Origin: an uncultured delta proteobacterium
GTDB lineage: Bacteria; Desulfobacterota; Binatia; Binatales; Binataceae
Length of the DNA stretch: 64,000 bases
Assembly (NCBI GenBank): GCA_963842085.1
Contig: CAWJET010000001.1
Span: 1,024,001 to 1,088,000 of the forward strand
Direction of reading: 5' to 3'
A program made the position numbers and the translations under genes. This document shows, one piece after another, positions 30,481 through 40,784 of the stretch (the stretch's first letter is position 1; every line of letters starts with the position of its first letter). The notes beneath the pieces were generated by a model. It was not told where the DNA came from and did no database searches. It worked only from the letters and a program-made list of their open reading frames with translations.

Positions 30481-31485
30481 ATGCTGATACTTGGAATTGA
30501 ATCTTCATGCGACGACGCTGCCGCCGCGGTGCTCGAAACCACCGCACCGGGCATTGCCGAAGTTCGCTCGAGCACGGTCGCCAACCAGGACGATATCCAT
30601 CGCGCGTACGGCGGCATCGTGCCGGAGCTGGCGTCGCGCAATCACGTCGTCACGATCGCGCCCGTCATCGAGCGCGCGCTGGACGCTGCGGGATGCCGGC
30701 TGGCGGACGTCGAGGGAATCGCCGTCACCCGCGGCCCGGGACTGGTCGGCTCGCTGCTGGTCGGCCTGATGTTCGCCAAGGGTCTGGCGCGGGCAAGCGG
30801 CGTCGCGCTGGTCGGGGTGAACCATATCGAGGGGCATCTGCTGGCGCCCCTGCTCGAAAATCGAATCGCGATGCCGTACCTCGCGCTGGTCGTGTCGGGC
30901 GGTCACACCGCGCTGTTCGCGGTCGAGGATTTCGGGCGTTATCGTCGAATCGGACGCACACGCGACGACGCCGCCGGCGAGGCGTTCGACAAAGTCGCCA
31001 AGCTGATGGGTCTGGGCTATCCGGGCGGCCGCGCAATCGACGAGCTGTCGCGGCGCGGAAATCGAAAGCGCGTGCGAATCCCGCGTGCGCACATCAAAGG
31101 TGCACCGCTGGATTTCAGTTTCAGCGGCGTGAAGACGGCGGTTGCGACGATTCTGGCCAGCGAGAACGGCCGCGCCGAGCGGCCCGAGGATCTCGCGGCG
31201 AGCTTTCAGGAAGCGGTCGTCGAGATGCTGGTGAAGCCGACGATCGCAGCCGCGCGCGAACTTGGCGCGGACACGATCGCGCTGACCGGCGGGGTCGCGG
31301 CGAATTCGCGATTGCGCGACAGGCTGGCTGCGGCGGCGGCGGCGGACGGGCGCCGGCTGGTCGCGCCGGCGCTCAAATACTGCACCGACAACGCGGCGAT
31401 GATCGCGCTGGCGGGCAGCTACCGGCTGCTGCGCGGCGAGCGCGACGCGATGAGCATCGACGCGGAAGCGAATCTCGCGCTGTAA
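30481..31485 (+). CDS. tsaD: tRNA N6-adenosine threonylcarbamoyltransferase
   Basis: LGIESSCDD, GGIVPELASRNH, NHIEGH, SGGHT, CTDNAAMI. Confidence 0.97.
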   Translation: MLILGIESSCDDAAAAVLETTAPGIAEVRSSTVANQDDIHRAYGGIVPELASRNHVVTIAPVIERALDAAGCRLADVEGIAVTRGPGLVGSLLVGLMFAKGLARASGVALVGVNHIEGHLLAPLLENRIAMPYLALVVSGGHTALFAVEDFGRYRRIGRTRDDAAGEAFDKVAKLMGLGYPGGRAIDELSRRGNRKRVRIPRAHIKGAPLDFSFSGVKTAVATILASENGRAERPEDLAASFQEAVVEMLVKPTIAAARELGADTIALTGGVAANSRLRDRLAAAAAADGRRLVAPALKYCTDNAAMIALAGSYRLLRGERDAMSIDAEANLAL

Positions 31486-31496
31486 ATTCGTAGCAG

Positions 31497-32396
31497 ATGG
31501 CAATTGCACGAAAATCGCACGGCATCGACGAAACGCCGTCGCGTCCCGCACCGGCATTGGCGAGGGCCGGCGTGCGGCCGGCCAAGTCGCGCGGCCAGAA
31601 TTTTCTCACCAGCGCCGGTGTCGCGAATCGAATCGTCGCGGCGGCGGAGCTGTCCGAATCGGACGCGGTAGTCGAGATAGGTCCCGGGCTGGGCATTCTG
31701 ACCGAAAAGATCGTGGTGCGGCCGCGACGCTCGCTGACGCTGGTGGAACTCGACTCGCGGCTTGCGGCCCGGCTCCAGGAGCGCTTCGCAGGTAGCGCGA
31801 ACGCTCGCGTCATCAACGGCGACTTTCTTGCGATCGATTTCGCGGCACTCACCGGCGATTCACCTGTCAAGGTAATCGGCAATCTTCCGTTCAATGCCGC
31901 GGCGGCTATCCTGCGGCGGCTCAGCGACAACTCGCGCCTGATTTCGAGAATGGTCCTGATGTTTCAGCGCGAGGTTGCCGCGCGTATCCGCGCCACGCCC
32001 GGCGACAACGCGTACGGCGCGCTTAGCGTGTTCGCCGCGCTGTACTGGAAGATCGATCTGCACTTCAGCGTCGCCGCCGGCAGCTTCCATCCGCGCCCCA
32101 AGGTTGACGCGGAAGTTCTCGCCTTCGCTCGACGAACGACTCCAGTGTTTGCGGCCGGCGACGAGCGTGACGTGCTCGAAACCGTGCGGGCCTCGTTCTC
32201 CGCGCCGCGCAAGACGATTCGCAACGCGCTCAGCAATTCGCTCGGAATCGACAGCACGCGAATCGCGCGCGCGCTCGAACGCGCCGCGATCGATCCGGCC
32301 ACGCGCGCCGAGACGCTCGGCGTCGCCGATTTTCCAAGACTCGCGCACGCACTGCGCACGGAACTGGCCGGCAGGATCGTCACACGCGATGCCTGA
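31497..32396 (+). CDS. rsmA: 16S rRNA dimethyltransferase KsgA
   Basis: GQNFL, EIGPGLG.LT, GNLPF, MFQREVA.R, PRPKVD. Confidence 0.95.
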   Translation: MAIARKSHGIDETPSRPAPALARAGVRPAKSRGQNFLTSAGVANRIVAAAELSESDAVVEIGPGLGILTEKIVVRPRRSLTLVELDSRLAARLQERFAGSANARVINGDFLAIDFAALTGDSPVKVIGNLPFNAAAAILRRLSDNSRLISRMVLMFQREVAARIRATPGDNAYGALSVFAALYWKIDLHFSVAAGSFHPRPKVDAEVLAFARRTTPVFAAGDERDVLETVRASFSAPRKTIRNALSNSLGIDSTRIARALERAAIDPATRAETLGVADFPRLAHALRTELAGRIVTRDA

Positions 32397-33222
32397 ACTG
32401 CCGGAAGTCGAGTCGCTGCGCCGGATACTGCTTCGAACGGCAGTCGGCAGAACGATCGTCAGCGTTCGGATCGGCGCGAAGCGCCTGCGTCGCCGCGTCA
32501 CTGCGAATTTTGCCGGAGTGATCGCCGGCCGGCGAATTGTTAAACTGTCGCGCCGCGCAAAATATCTGATCGTCGAGCTCGACGGCGACGACGCGATGCT
32601 GGTGCACCTCGGGATGTCCGGCAGTTTGACCCATCGCCACGACGGCTTCCGCGCCGACGACTTCGATCCGCGCCACGACCATCTTGAATTCACCCTCGAC
32701 GACGGCTCGCGCCTGGTCTACAACGATCCGCGGCGCTTCGGCATGGTGCGCCTCGTCAAGCGCGCGGCGTTGGCTTCCACGGCGGAGCTGAAAGGTCTCG
32801 GCCCCGAGCCGTTGTCGCGCCGGTTCAACGCCGATTATCTTGCGGCGAAGGCGCGCGGCCGGACGGCAGCGATCAAGAACCTGATAATGGATCAACGAAT
32901 CGTCGCCGGCATCGGCAACATCTATGCGTCCGAGATATTGTTTCGCGCCAGCGTGCGGCCCGCGCGGCGTGCCGGGCGCGTGACGCGAGCCGAGATCGAA
33001 AAAATCGCGGCGGCCGTGCCGGTGATCCTGCGCGCCGCGATCGGCAGCAACGGCACCACCTTTCGCAGCTATCGCGATTCGCGCGGACAGCCCGGGCGCT
33101 TCGCCGCGCGCCTGCGCGTATACGGTCGCGAGGGGAAACCGTGCTACGAATGCTCGACGCCGATCAAAAATGCGATCGTGGGCCAACGCGCCAGCTGCTA
33201 TTGCCCGCAGTGCCAGAGTTGA
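32389..33222 (+). CDS. mutM: Formamidopyrimidine-DNA glycosylase
   Basis: MPELPEVE, HLGMSG, DPRRFG, GIGNIYA.E, C-terminal Zn finger. Confidence 0.97.
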   Translation: MPELPEVESLRRILLRTAVGRTIVSVRIGAKRLRRRVTANFAGVIAGRRIVKLSRRAKYLIVELDGDDAMLVHLGMSGSLTHRHDGFRADDFDPRHDHLEFTLDDGSRLVYNDPRRFGMVRLVKRAALASTAELKGLGPEPLSRRFNADYLAAKARGRTAAIKNLIMDQRIVAGIGNIYASEILFRASVRPARRAGRVTRAEIEKIAAAVPVILRAAIGSNGTTFRSYRDSRGQPGRFAARLRVYGREGKPCYECSTPIKNAIVGQRASCYCPQCQS

Positions 33223-33315
33223 CCGGCTCGAAGGTGGATTGCGATTATGCCCGCTTATGATTTGACGATCGGTCTCTGCGCGCACCGTTGACACCGCGCA
33301 TGTTATGGTGACGCT

Positions 33316-34155
33316 ATGACATTCGATATGCCCGAGGGCATCGGCGCCGCGATTGCCTTCCTGTTCGGCGCCAGCGTCGGCAGCTTCGTTTGCGTGATCG
33401 CATACCGGCTCCCGCGCGATCTTTCGATCGTCTCGCCGCGCTCGTATTGCGAGAGTTGCGAGCGCGCGCTGCCGTGGTGGGCGAACATCCCGATTCTGGC
33501 CTACCTTGGACTGCGCGGGCGATGCGTGATGTGCGGCGCGCCGATTCCGTTCCGCCATTTCCTCGGGGAATTCGGACTCGCCATCACCGGCCTCTATCTC
33601 TACCTCGCCTTCCCGCTGCCCGACGCGATCGCGCGCTTCGTGCTATGCGCCGCGCTGTGGGCAGTCGCGTTCATCGATTACGACTGGCGGCTGATTCCGA
33701 ACATCATCACGTGGCCGGGGACGCTGGTCGGCTTCGTCGCCGCATCGCTGATGATGCCGGAGGTCGGCTGGAAAAGTTCCCTGATCGGAATCATCGTGGG
33801 CGGCGGTGTCCTGTTCGGCACCGGCTATTTCTACCAGCTTGTCCGCGGACGCGAGGGGGTGGGCCTGGGCGACGTGTGGCTGCTGGGGATGGTCGGCGGA
33901 TTTCTCGGCTGGCAGGGAGTTTTCTTTACCATGTTTTTCGGCTCGGTAATCGGCGCGATCGGGGGGATCGCGTTCGCGCTCGCCGGCGGCGGTGCGACTG
34001 CGCCCGCTCCGCTCGGCGAGCCGGCCTCCGATCCGGAGGAAGCCGACGTCTCGATTCTGCGCACCGAGGTCCCCTTCGGCCCGTACCTGGCGCTGGCCGC
34101 CGGCGTCTTCGCTCTGTTTCAGCCGGAACTCATGCGCTGGTATCTTGGCGGCTAA
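33316..34155 (+). CDS. pilD: Prepilin peptidase
   Basis: GSF..VIAYRLP, PRS.C..C, GRC..C, ID, GLGD, VPFGPYL. Confidence 0.92.
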   Translation: MTFDMPEGIGAAIAFLFGASVGSFVCVIAYRLPRDLSIVSPRSYCESCERALPWWANIPILAYLGLRGRCVMCGAPIPFRHFLGEFGLAITGLYLYLAFPLPDAIARFVLCAALWAVAFIDYDWRLIPNIITWPGTLVGFVAASLMMPEVGWKSSLIGIIVGGGVLFGTGYFYQLVRGREGVGLGDVWLLGMVGGFLGWQGVFFTMFFGSVIGAIGGIAFALAGGGATAPAPLGEPASDPEEADVSILRTEVPFGPYLALAAGVFALFQPELMRWYLGG

Positions 34156-34157
34156 CG

Positions 34158-34799
34158 ATGGCAGCCGGGGTATTCATCACGCTCGAAGGCGTCGAAGGAA
34201 GCGGCAAGACCACCCAGGCCGCGATTCTCGGCGACGCGCTGCGGAAAAACGGACGGCGCGTAACGGTCACCCATGAGCCGGGCGGAACGCGCGCCGGCGA
34301 AACGATTCGCGCGATTTTTCTCGATCCCGCGGTCTCGCTCGATGTAGCCGCCGAGCTGCTGCTCGTCCTTGCCGACCGCGCGCAGCACGTGCGCGAAAAA
34401 CTCCGGCCCGCGCTGGCCGCCGGCGAGATCGTGATCTCCGATCGCTATTCCGATTCGACCACCGCCTACCAGGGCCACGGCCGCGGCTTCGAGCTCAAGC
34501 TGCTCGGCGACTTGAACCGGCTCGCGAGCGACAATGTGACGCCCGATCTCACTATCGTCCTCGACCTGCCGGTCGAGACCGGACTGGAGCGCACGCGCGC
34601 GCGCGCCAGGGACACCGGCCGCGGCTCCGACCGCTTCGAGGGCGAACGCGCCGAGTTCCATCGCAGAGTGCGTGACGGTTTTCTCGCGATCGCGAAGGCC
34701 GAGCCTGCGCGCGTCGTCGTGATCGACGCCGACCGTCCGGTCGCCGCGGTCAGCGCCGACATCGGCCGCGCGGTGGACGGGCTGCTCGCTCACCGATGA
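34158..34799 (+). CDS. tmk: Thymidylate kinase
   Basis: FITLEGVEGSGKTTQ, EPGG, DRY..ST.AYQG. Confidence 0.96.
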   Translation: MAAGVFITLEGVEGSGKTTQAAILGDALRKNGRRVTVTHEPGGTRAGETIRAIFLDPAVSLDVAAELLLVLADRAQHVREKLRPALAAGEIVISDRYSDSTTAYQGHGRGFELKLLGDLNRLASDNVTPDLTIVLDLPVETGLERTRARARDTGRGSDRFEGERAEFHRRVRDGFLAIAKAEPARVVVIDADRPVAAVSADIGRAVDGLLAHR

Positions 34800-34809
34800 C
34801 CGGGTCGCC

Positions 34810-35889
34810 ATGCCGCTAAGCTCGATCCGCGGGCATCGCGAGATAGCCGCCCGGCTGCTCGCCGAATTGCGCAGCCGCCCCTCGCACTCCTATCTCTTCG
34901 CAGGACCGCGCGGCGTCGGGAAAGCGCTGGTGGCGACCAGTCTCGTCCATGCGCTGATGTGCGAGCGATCGCCCGGCGAGAACTTTTGCTGCTCCACCGC
35001 GCGATGCCCGGTCCGTATCGCGCCGCCGACCGAGCGCACGCGCGCACGCGCTGGTGACGCGGACGCGCCGCGATGCGATTGCTGCTCGGCGTGCGTGCAA
35101 ATCGCGACGGGCGTGCATCCGGACTTCACCTACCTGTCCAAGCCGCCAGGCCGCACCGACGTTCTGATCGAGCAGGTCCGTGAACTGATCGTGCGGCTGG
35201 GGATCAGGCCGTCGCGCTCGTCGGTTCGTATGGCAGTTATCGACGACGCCGAGACCCTCAACATTCCCGCGCAGAACGCGCTGCTGAAGACGCTCGAGGA
35301 GCCGCCCGGCCATGCGATCATCATCATGGTGACCGCCAGCGAGCGCGCCCTGCTCGACACCGTCCGCTCGCGCACGCGCACGGTCAGGTTCCCCGCGCTA
35401 AAGACCGCCGAGCTCGAGGCTATCCTTGCCGCGCATGGCGTCGCCGACAAGGCTCGCGCCAGTGCGCTTGCTCTTCTGGCGCGCGGCAGCGCTGCCAATG
35501 CGATTGCGCTTGCCGACGGCGATGAGCCGCCGATGAAAGAACTGCTCGATGCGCTGAGCACTGCCAAATCGATCGATTTCGTTCGCGCGCAATCGCTCGC
35601 GCAGGAGTTCTTTGCCAACCGCGACACGGCGGCCGGCAATTTCGAGCTGCTCGCAAGATTGCTCGAGGAAATACTATGCTACAAACTGCTTAGGACCGAT
35701 TTCGCAGCGTTTCCGGCCGAATCGCGGTCGAAAATGGCGAGCCTGGGGGATAGTCTCGATGTGGACGCGGTTGTGAAGTGTATTGACGCTGCGGTGCGCG
35801 CGGTCGAAGCCGTCGAAGCGATGGCAAATCCGCGCATGCAGGCGGAGCATTGGTGGACTATCGCCGGCCGCGCGATGCGGGGTGGGTAA
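34810..35889 (+). CDS. holB: DNA polymerase III delta-prime with Cys-rich insertion
   Basis: GPRGVGK, HPD, QNALLKTLEEPP, TVRSR; tmk-holB synteny. Confidence 0.9.
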   Translation: MPLSSIRGHREIAARLLAELRSRPSHSYLFAGPRGVGKALVATSLVHALMCERSPGENFCCSTARCPVRIAPPTERTRARAGDADAPRCDCCSACVQIATGVHPDFTYLSKPPGRTDVLIEQVRELIVRLGIRPSRSSVRMAVIDDAETLNIPAQNALLKTLEEPPGHAIIIMVTASERALLDTVRSRTRTVRFPALKTAELEAILAAHGVADKARASALALLARGSAANAIALADGDEPPMKELLDALSTAKSIDFVRAQSLAQEFFANRDTAAGNFELLARLLEEILCYKLLRTDFAAFPAESRSKMASLGDSLDVDAVVKCIDAAVRAVEAVEAMANPRMQAEHWWTIAGRAMRGG

Positions 35890-35895
35890 AAGATA

Positions 35896-36741
35896 GTGGC
35901 AGACATCGATCCGTTTGAAGGCGCACCGCCGCTGCCGAAAATCGTCGCGGTCAGTATCCAGCAGACCGGCCACCTGTACAATTTCCTGGCCGGCGACCGC
36001 GCGCTGCGCCGCGGCGAACGCGTGCTGGTCGAGAGCGAGGCGGGCACGCGGGTCGGTACCGTCGAGGTCGAGCCGCACGAGCCCGCGCGGACGATCGACC
36101 TTTCCGCGCTGCGGCCCATCATCCGGATTGCGAGTGACAACGACTTTCACATCGAGCAGGAAAATCTCTCGCGCGAGGCACACGCGCGCCGCCTGTGCGT
36201 CGAGCGCATTCGCGAGCGGCGCATCCAGATGAAGCTGGTCAGTGCCGACTACACTTTCGACTCGCGCAAGGTCACCTTCTATTTCGTCGCCGAAGGGCGC
36301 GTCGATTTCCGCGACCTGGTCCGCGACCTCGCCAACACGCTGCGCGTGCGCGTCGAGATGAAGCAGATTGGCGCCCGCGACGAGACCAAGGTCACGGGAG
36401 GGCTGGGTCCATGCGGTCGCGAGCTATGCTGCTCGAGCTGGCTGCGCGACTTCGAGGCGGTGACCGTCAAGATGGCGCGCGAGCAGGGGCTCGCACTCAA
36501 TCCATCGCGGCTGGCCGGAATGTGCGGGCGGCTGAAATGTTGCCTGCGCTACGAATACGCCACTTACGTCGAACTCAAGCGCGCGCTCCCCAACCTCGGC
36601 AAGCGCGTGCAATGCGTCAAGGGCGACGGCAAAGTGGTCCGCCAGAACATCCTCAAGCAGACCGTCCTGATTCAGCGCGAGGAAGACGGCGGCGTGGTCG
36701 AGGTCACCCTCGAAGACCTGGTCGCCTCGCGCCCGCAATAG
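35896..36741 (+). CDS. ricT: PSP1/RicT (YaaT) family protein
   Basis: RVDFRDLV, QIGARDE, GPCGRELCC, GMCGRLKCCL.YE. Confidence 0.9.
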   Translation: MADIDPFEGAPPLPKIVAVSIQQTGHLYNFLAGDRALRRGERVLVESEAGTRVGTVEVEPHEPARTIDLSALRPIIRIASDNDFHIEQENLSREAHARRLCVERIRERRIQMKLVSADYTFDSRKVTFYFVAEGRVDFRDLVRDLANTLRVRVEMKQIGARDETKVTGGLGPCGRELCCSSWLRDFEAVTVKMAREQGLALNPSRLAGMCGRLKCCLRYEYATYVELKRALPNLGKRVQCVKGDGKVVRQNILKQTVLIQREEDGGVVEVTLEDLVASRPQ

Positions 36742-36912
36742 CCTGGATCAAGTAGCGCGGGCGGGATGTCACCGAGCCCGCTCGCAATAGTTCTCTTTCT
36801 CGCGTGTCAGTGGCATTCAGAAATTAGGTTCTTCTTTTGTCCTCTCCTTGGCCAGGCCAAGGCCGACCCCCGGTCGCGCGACATCGAGTCTCCCGCTATC
36901 CTCGATCTCCTG

Positions 36913-38478
36913 ATGGCGCCTCGCATCCACATCACGACTGCGATCATCTACAGCAACGGCCCGCCGCATGTCGGCCATGCCTACGAAGTGCTGGCCACCG
37001 ACGCGTTCGCGCGCTTTCAGCGCCGCAGGCTCGGCGCCGCGAACGTCACCTTCGTCACCGGCACCGACGAGCACGGCGACAAGAACAAACGCGCCGCCGA
37101 GGCCGCCGGCCTGGATCCCAAGGCGTTCGCCGACCAGATCAGCGCGCTCTTTCGCGATGCATGGGCCGGGCTGGACATCAGCTACGACTTCTTTGTCCGC
37201 ACCACCGACCCCGTACATCAGGCGTTCGTGCAGAAGATGCTCGCGCGCAGCTACGAATGCGGCGACATCTACTTCAAGGACTATGAAGGTCTCTACTGCG
37301 TCGGATGCGAGCGCTTCTACACCGAAAAGGAATTGCTGCCCGGCAACATCTGTCCCGTGCATAACACTCCCGTCGAACGCATCAAGGAGGGCAACTACTT
37401 CCTGAAGCTCGAGAAGCATCGCGAGACCGTCCGCCGCAACATCGAGAAAAATCCCGACTTTATCCGCCCCGAGCGCTATCGCAACGAGGCGCTGCGGATG
37501 CTCGACGAGCCGCTCGAGGACCTCTGCATCTCGCGGCCCAAGGCGCGCCTCGATTGGGGCATCACGCTGCCGTTCGACGACAAGTACGTGACCTACGTCT
37601 GGTACGACGCGTTCTGGGCCTATCTGAGCGAGCTGCCGAACACCGACGACGCGTCGCTGACTGCGATCCTGCCGGTCACCGAACATTTCATCGGCAAGGA
37701 CATCCTGAAGACGCACGCGGTGTACTGGCCCGCGATGCTGTTGTCGGTCGGCTTCCCGCTCTATCGCCATCTTAACGTCCACGGATTTCTGAATTTCGGC
37801 GGCGCGCGGATGTCCAAGAGCTCGGGCAACATCCAGGATCCCGTCGCCTATCAGCAAAACATCGGACCCGACGTTCTGCGGTTCTTCATCCTGCGCGAAT
37901 TCACCTACGGCCTCGACGGCGACTTTACCGAACAGCGCGTGATCGACCGCTACAACTCAGACCTGGCCAACGACCTCGGCAACCTGACCAGCCGCGTGCT
38001 CTCGATGGCGGCGCGATACTTCGAAGGGGCGATCACGGCATCGCCCGTCGGCACCGCCGCTGGCGCGAACACCGAACCGCTCGACGTGGCGCTCGCGGAG
38101 ACGTTCGCCTCGATACCGTCGCGACTGGCGCCGCTGGTCGAGGAGCTAGCGTTCAACCGCGCTCTGGAAGCCATCTGGCAAGCCCTCGACGCGGCCAACA
38201 AGTACATCGTCGCGACCTCGCCGTTCACACTCGCCAAGGACGCCGCCAAACTGCCGCGCGTTGCACAGATCCTCGCCAACCTGGTCGAGGGGCTGCGCGT
38301 AGTCGCCGACAGCCTCGAGCCTTTCATGCCGGTAACGTCGAAAAAAATTCTCGAACTGCTCAATGTCGACGAGACGCTAGCGCGTGCGCCATACGGAGAC
38401 GGCATCAAGCCGGGGCATCGCGTAAATCCGACGACGCCGCTGTTCCCGCGCATCGACAAGAAATCTCAGCCACGATGA
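36913..38478 (+). CDS. metG: Methionine--tRNA ligase (short form)
   Basis: HVGH, GTDEHG, single Zn knuckle, YVWYDA, RMSKS. Confidence 0.95.
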   Translation: MAPRIHITTAIIYSNGPPHVGHAYEVLATDAFARFQRRRLGAANVTFVTGTDEHGDKNKRAAEAAGLDPKAFADQISALFRDAWAGLDISYDFFVRTTDPVHQAFVQKMLARSYECGDIYFKDYEGLYCVGCERFYTEKELLPGNICPVHNTPVERIKEGNYFLKLEKHRETVRRNIEKNPDFIRPERYRNEALRMLDEPLEDLCISRPKARLDWGITLPFDDKYVTYVWYDAFWAYLSELPNTDDASLTAILPVTEHFIGKDILKTHAVYWPAMLLSVGFPLYRHLNVHGFLNFGGARMSKSSGNIQDPVAYQQNIGPDVLRFFILREFTYGLDGDFTEQRVIDRYNSDLANDLGNLTSRVLSMAARYFEGAITASPVGTAAGANTEPLDVALAETFASIPSRLAPLVEELAFNRALEAIWQALDAANKYIVATSPFTLAKDAAKLPRVAQILANLVEGLRVVADSLEPFMPVTSKKILELLNVDETLARAPYGDGIKPGHRVNPTTPLFPRIDKKSQPR

Positions 38479-39269
38479 TCGTCGACACGCACTGTCATCT
38501 TGCGGATGCCAAGTTCCGCGACGACGTCGAAGCGGTGATCGCGCGCGCGTCAGCCGCCGGCGTGGCGCAGATCATCTCGGTTGGCGCGATCGGACCGATC
38601 GAAAACGATCGATTGACGGTCGAAATCGCGGAGCGTCATCAAAATGTCTTCGCCGCCGTCGGCGTGCATCCGCATGAGGCCAAGGACTGCACCTCCGAGC
38701 GCATCGCACAGTTGCGTGACCTGGCCGCGTCGAAAAAAGTGGTGGCGATCGGCGAGAGCGGGCTCGATTTTCATTACATGCACTCGCCGCGCGAGGCGCA
38801 GGAAGCGTCCCTGCGCGCGCATCTTGCACTCGCCGCCGAACTCGGTCTGCCAATCGTGATTCATTGCCGCGACGCGGAGCGCCGGTTCGTAGAGATCGTG
38901 CGCGAGACCGGGATTCCGCCGCGCGGCGGCGTGATTCATTGCTTCACCGGCGACGCCAACGCGGCGCGCGAGTTCCTCGCGCTCGGATTCTGCATCTCGT
39001 TCTCGGGCATCATCACGTTCAAAAATTCCGCGCCGATTCGCGAGGCCGCGTCGATCGTTCCCGACGACCGCGTGATGGTCGAGACGGACGCACCCTATCT
39101 CGCGCCCGAGCCGTACCGCGGCAAGCGCAATGAGCCCGCCTACCTCACGCGCACGCTCGAAATGCTCGCGAACCTTCGCCGCATCGACGCAGCTGCACTC
39201 GGTGCGCGCGTGATCGCAAACGCCGCCCACGTATTCAGGCTGCCGCCACCATCGAAAACGCTATCCTAG
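38475..39269 (+). CDS. TatD family hydrolase
   Basis: DTHCH, GVHPH, IGE.GLD, IHCR, ETDAPYLAP. Confidence 0.95.
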   Translation: MIVDTHCHLADAKFRDDVEAVIARASAAGVAQIISVGAIGPIENDRLTVEIAERHQNVFAAVGVHPHEAKDCTSERIAQLRDLAASKKVVAIGESGLDFHYMHSPREAQEASLRAHLALAAELGLPIVIHCRDAERRFVEIVRETGIPPRGGVIHCFTGDANAAREFLALGFCISFSGIITFKNSAPIREAASIVPDDRVMVETDAPYLAPEPYRGKRNEPAYLTRTLEMLANLRRIDAAALGARVIANAAHVFRLPPPSKTLS

Positions 39270-39950
39270 CGGATTGCCGCCGAAGATCATCGGATGCAGC
39301 GCGATTATCGCGGCCGTCAGCACGACGCCCGCGCCGATCGCCGCCCACGGCATGTCACCGCTGGTCCATCGAACGCGCCCGCTGACTAGCGCCGCGAAGG
39401 GCACAATCGAGGTCTTCGCGACGAACTCGCGGTAGCGCCCGCCAAGCTCGCGAAGCTTGCGCCCGTCCTGATGCATCCCGCCGATGATTCCGAGCGCGGG
39501 AAACATCCCGAAGAAAATTACGTCGCCGGCCCATCCGTTCATCAGAATGTGCGCAATTCCGAACAGGCTGAATGCGACAAATGCCGGGTGCCGCGTGACC
39601 TTCTGGATGCCGTGGGGCTCAAGCACTCCCTTCGCGCTGGCTACGCCCGGGTTCGGATTGATGAAGCTCGCGACAAACAGGATGAGCGCCGCCAGCATCA
39701 GCAACCACGCCAGCCATCGGATCGGCGCGACCGCACGCAGGTACCAGAGCAAGGGGCCCGCGTGCTTGTTGCGCGCGAACTCGTAGATCAGCGGTCCGAG
39801 CGTCGCGGCCGCGATTAGCGAATAGATGCCGCGATAGGGCTGCTCGCCGACCGCACCTATCAAACGAGGACGCACCGCCGACGACGATACAATCAGGTGG
39901 CTTAACAGGAACGAGACTGCCCACAGCGCGATCCAGACTGTCGCATCCAT
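39261..39950 (-). CDS. NnrU family membrane protein
   Basis: YRGIYSL, TRHP, AH...NG, H.D.RK, TSIVPF. Confidence 0.85.
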   Translation of the reverse strand: MDATVWIALWAVSFLLSHLIVSSSAVRPRLIGAVGEQPYRGIYSLIAAATLGPLIYEFARNKHAGPLLWYLRAVAPIRWLAWLLMLAALILFVASFINPNPGVASAKGVLEPHGIQKVTRHPAFVAFSLFGIAHILMNGWAGDVIFFGMFPALGIIGGMHQDGRKLRELGGRYREFVAKTSIVPFAALVSGRVRWTSGDMPWAAIGAGVVLTAAIIALHPMIFGGNPLG

Positions 39951-40077
39951 AGTGACCTCCCGCGAGCACGATGATCGCACGATCGCGGCTCGCGTCAACG
40001 CAGTGAATCGCTTGCAGACCGGCGCTCGATTCACGAATCGGCTCGTGCGGGGTTGTAGTCATCGGGAGCATCAAACA

Positions 40078-40260
40078 ATGATACCGACTATCCAGGTTGA
40101 CGAGGCGCGGTTCACAGAAGTCGCGGAGCGCAGTGCAGAGCGTGAGATCGGCGACGGCGTCCGGCTCGCGCAGGCGTGCATGGTCGAGGAAGTCCTCGGC
40201 GCGGTTTTCGGATCGATCACGCTGTGGTACTTGGTGACTTCGATAGCAGCACTGGCCTGA
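40078..40260 (+). CDS. 60-aa protein with C-terminal TM helix
   Basis: GGGAG upstream; stop 8 nt before the ECF sigma start. Confidence 0.45.
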   Translation: MIPTIQVDEARFTEVAERSAEREIGDGVRLAQACMVEEVLGAVFGSITLWYLVTSIAALA

Positions 40261-40268
40261 CCTGCGCG

Positions 40269-40784
40269 ATGCCGACGTTCAATCTCAAGCTGCCGCCGCC
40301 GTTCGAAGAGGCGGTGAAGAGCATGGAACGCGAGATCATGCGCTTTCTCGTGCGCTCGACCGGCGATCGCGACGACGCGATGGACCTGTTCCAGGAGACC
40401 TGGCTGCGTGCCTATCGCGCCTACCCGACGCTGCGCTCGGAAGACGGACTGCGGCCGTGGATTTTTCGAATCGCGTCGAACCTGTGCCGCAATCGAGCGC
40501 GCGACCGGATGCGCCGCGGGCGCGTGATCTCCCACGAGAGCGCCGACGGCGATTCGCTGGAGCATCGCGCGCCGAATCACCTCACCGGCGGCCCCGAAGG
40601 CGCGCTGCATTTGAAGAGATCGATCGCGCGGCTGCCGGGCAGGCAGGGGCAGGCGTTGATGATGCGCAAGTTCGCGGGACTCGAATATACCGAGATCGGC
40701 ACGGCGCTGAATTGCTCGGCCGAGAGCGCGCGCGCAAGCGTGTATCAGGCAGTGAAAAAACTGAAACTCAGGCTCGAAGAGTGA
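40269..40784 (+). CDS. ECF sigma factor
   Basis: DAMDLFQETWLRA, WIFRIA.N.C.N..R (region 2); LP..Q...GLEY.EI...L (region 4). Confidence 0.92.
   Translation: MPTFNLKLPPPFEEAVKSMEREIMRFLVRSTGDRDDAMDLFQETWLRAYRAYPTLRSEDGLRPWIFRIASNLCRNRARDRMRRGRVISHESADGDSLEHRAPNHLTGGPEGALHLKRSIARLPGRQGQALMMRKFAGLEYTEIGTALNCSAESARASVYQAVKKLKLRLEE

Noticed and set aside
34158-39269. ricT without ricA/ricF in tmk-holB-ricT-metG-tatD
   Set aside because: Widespread conserved gene order; not unusual.
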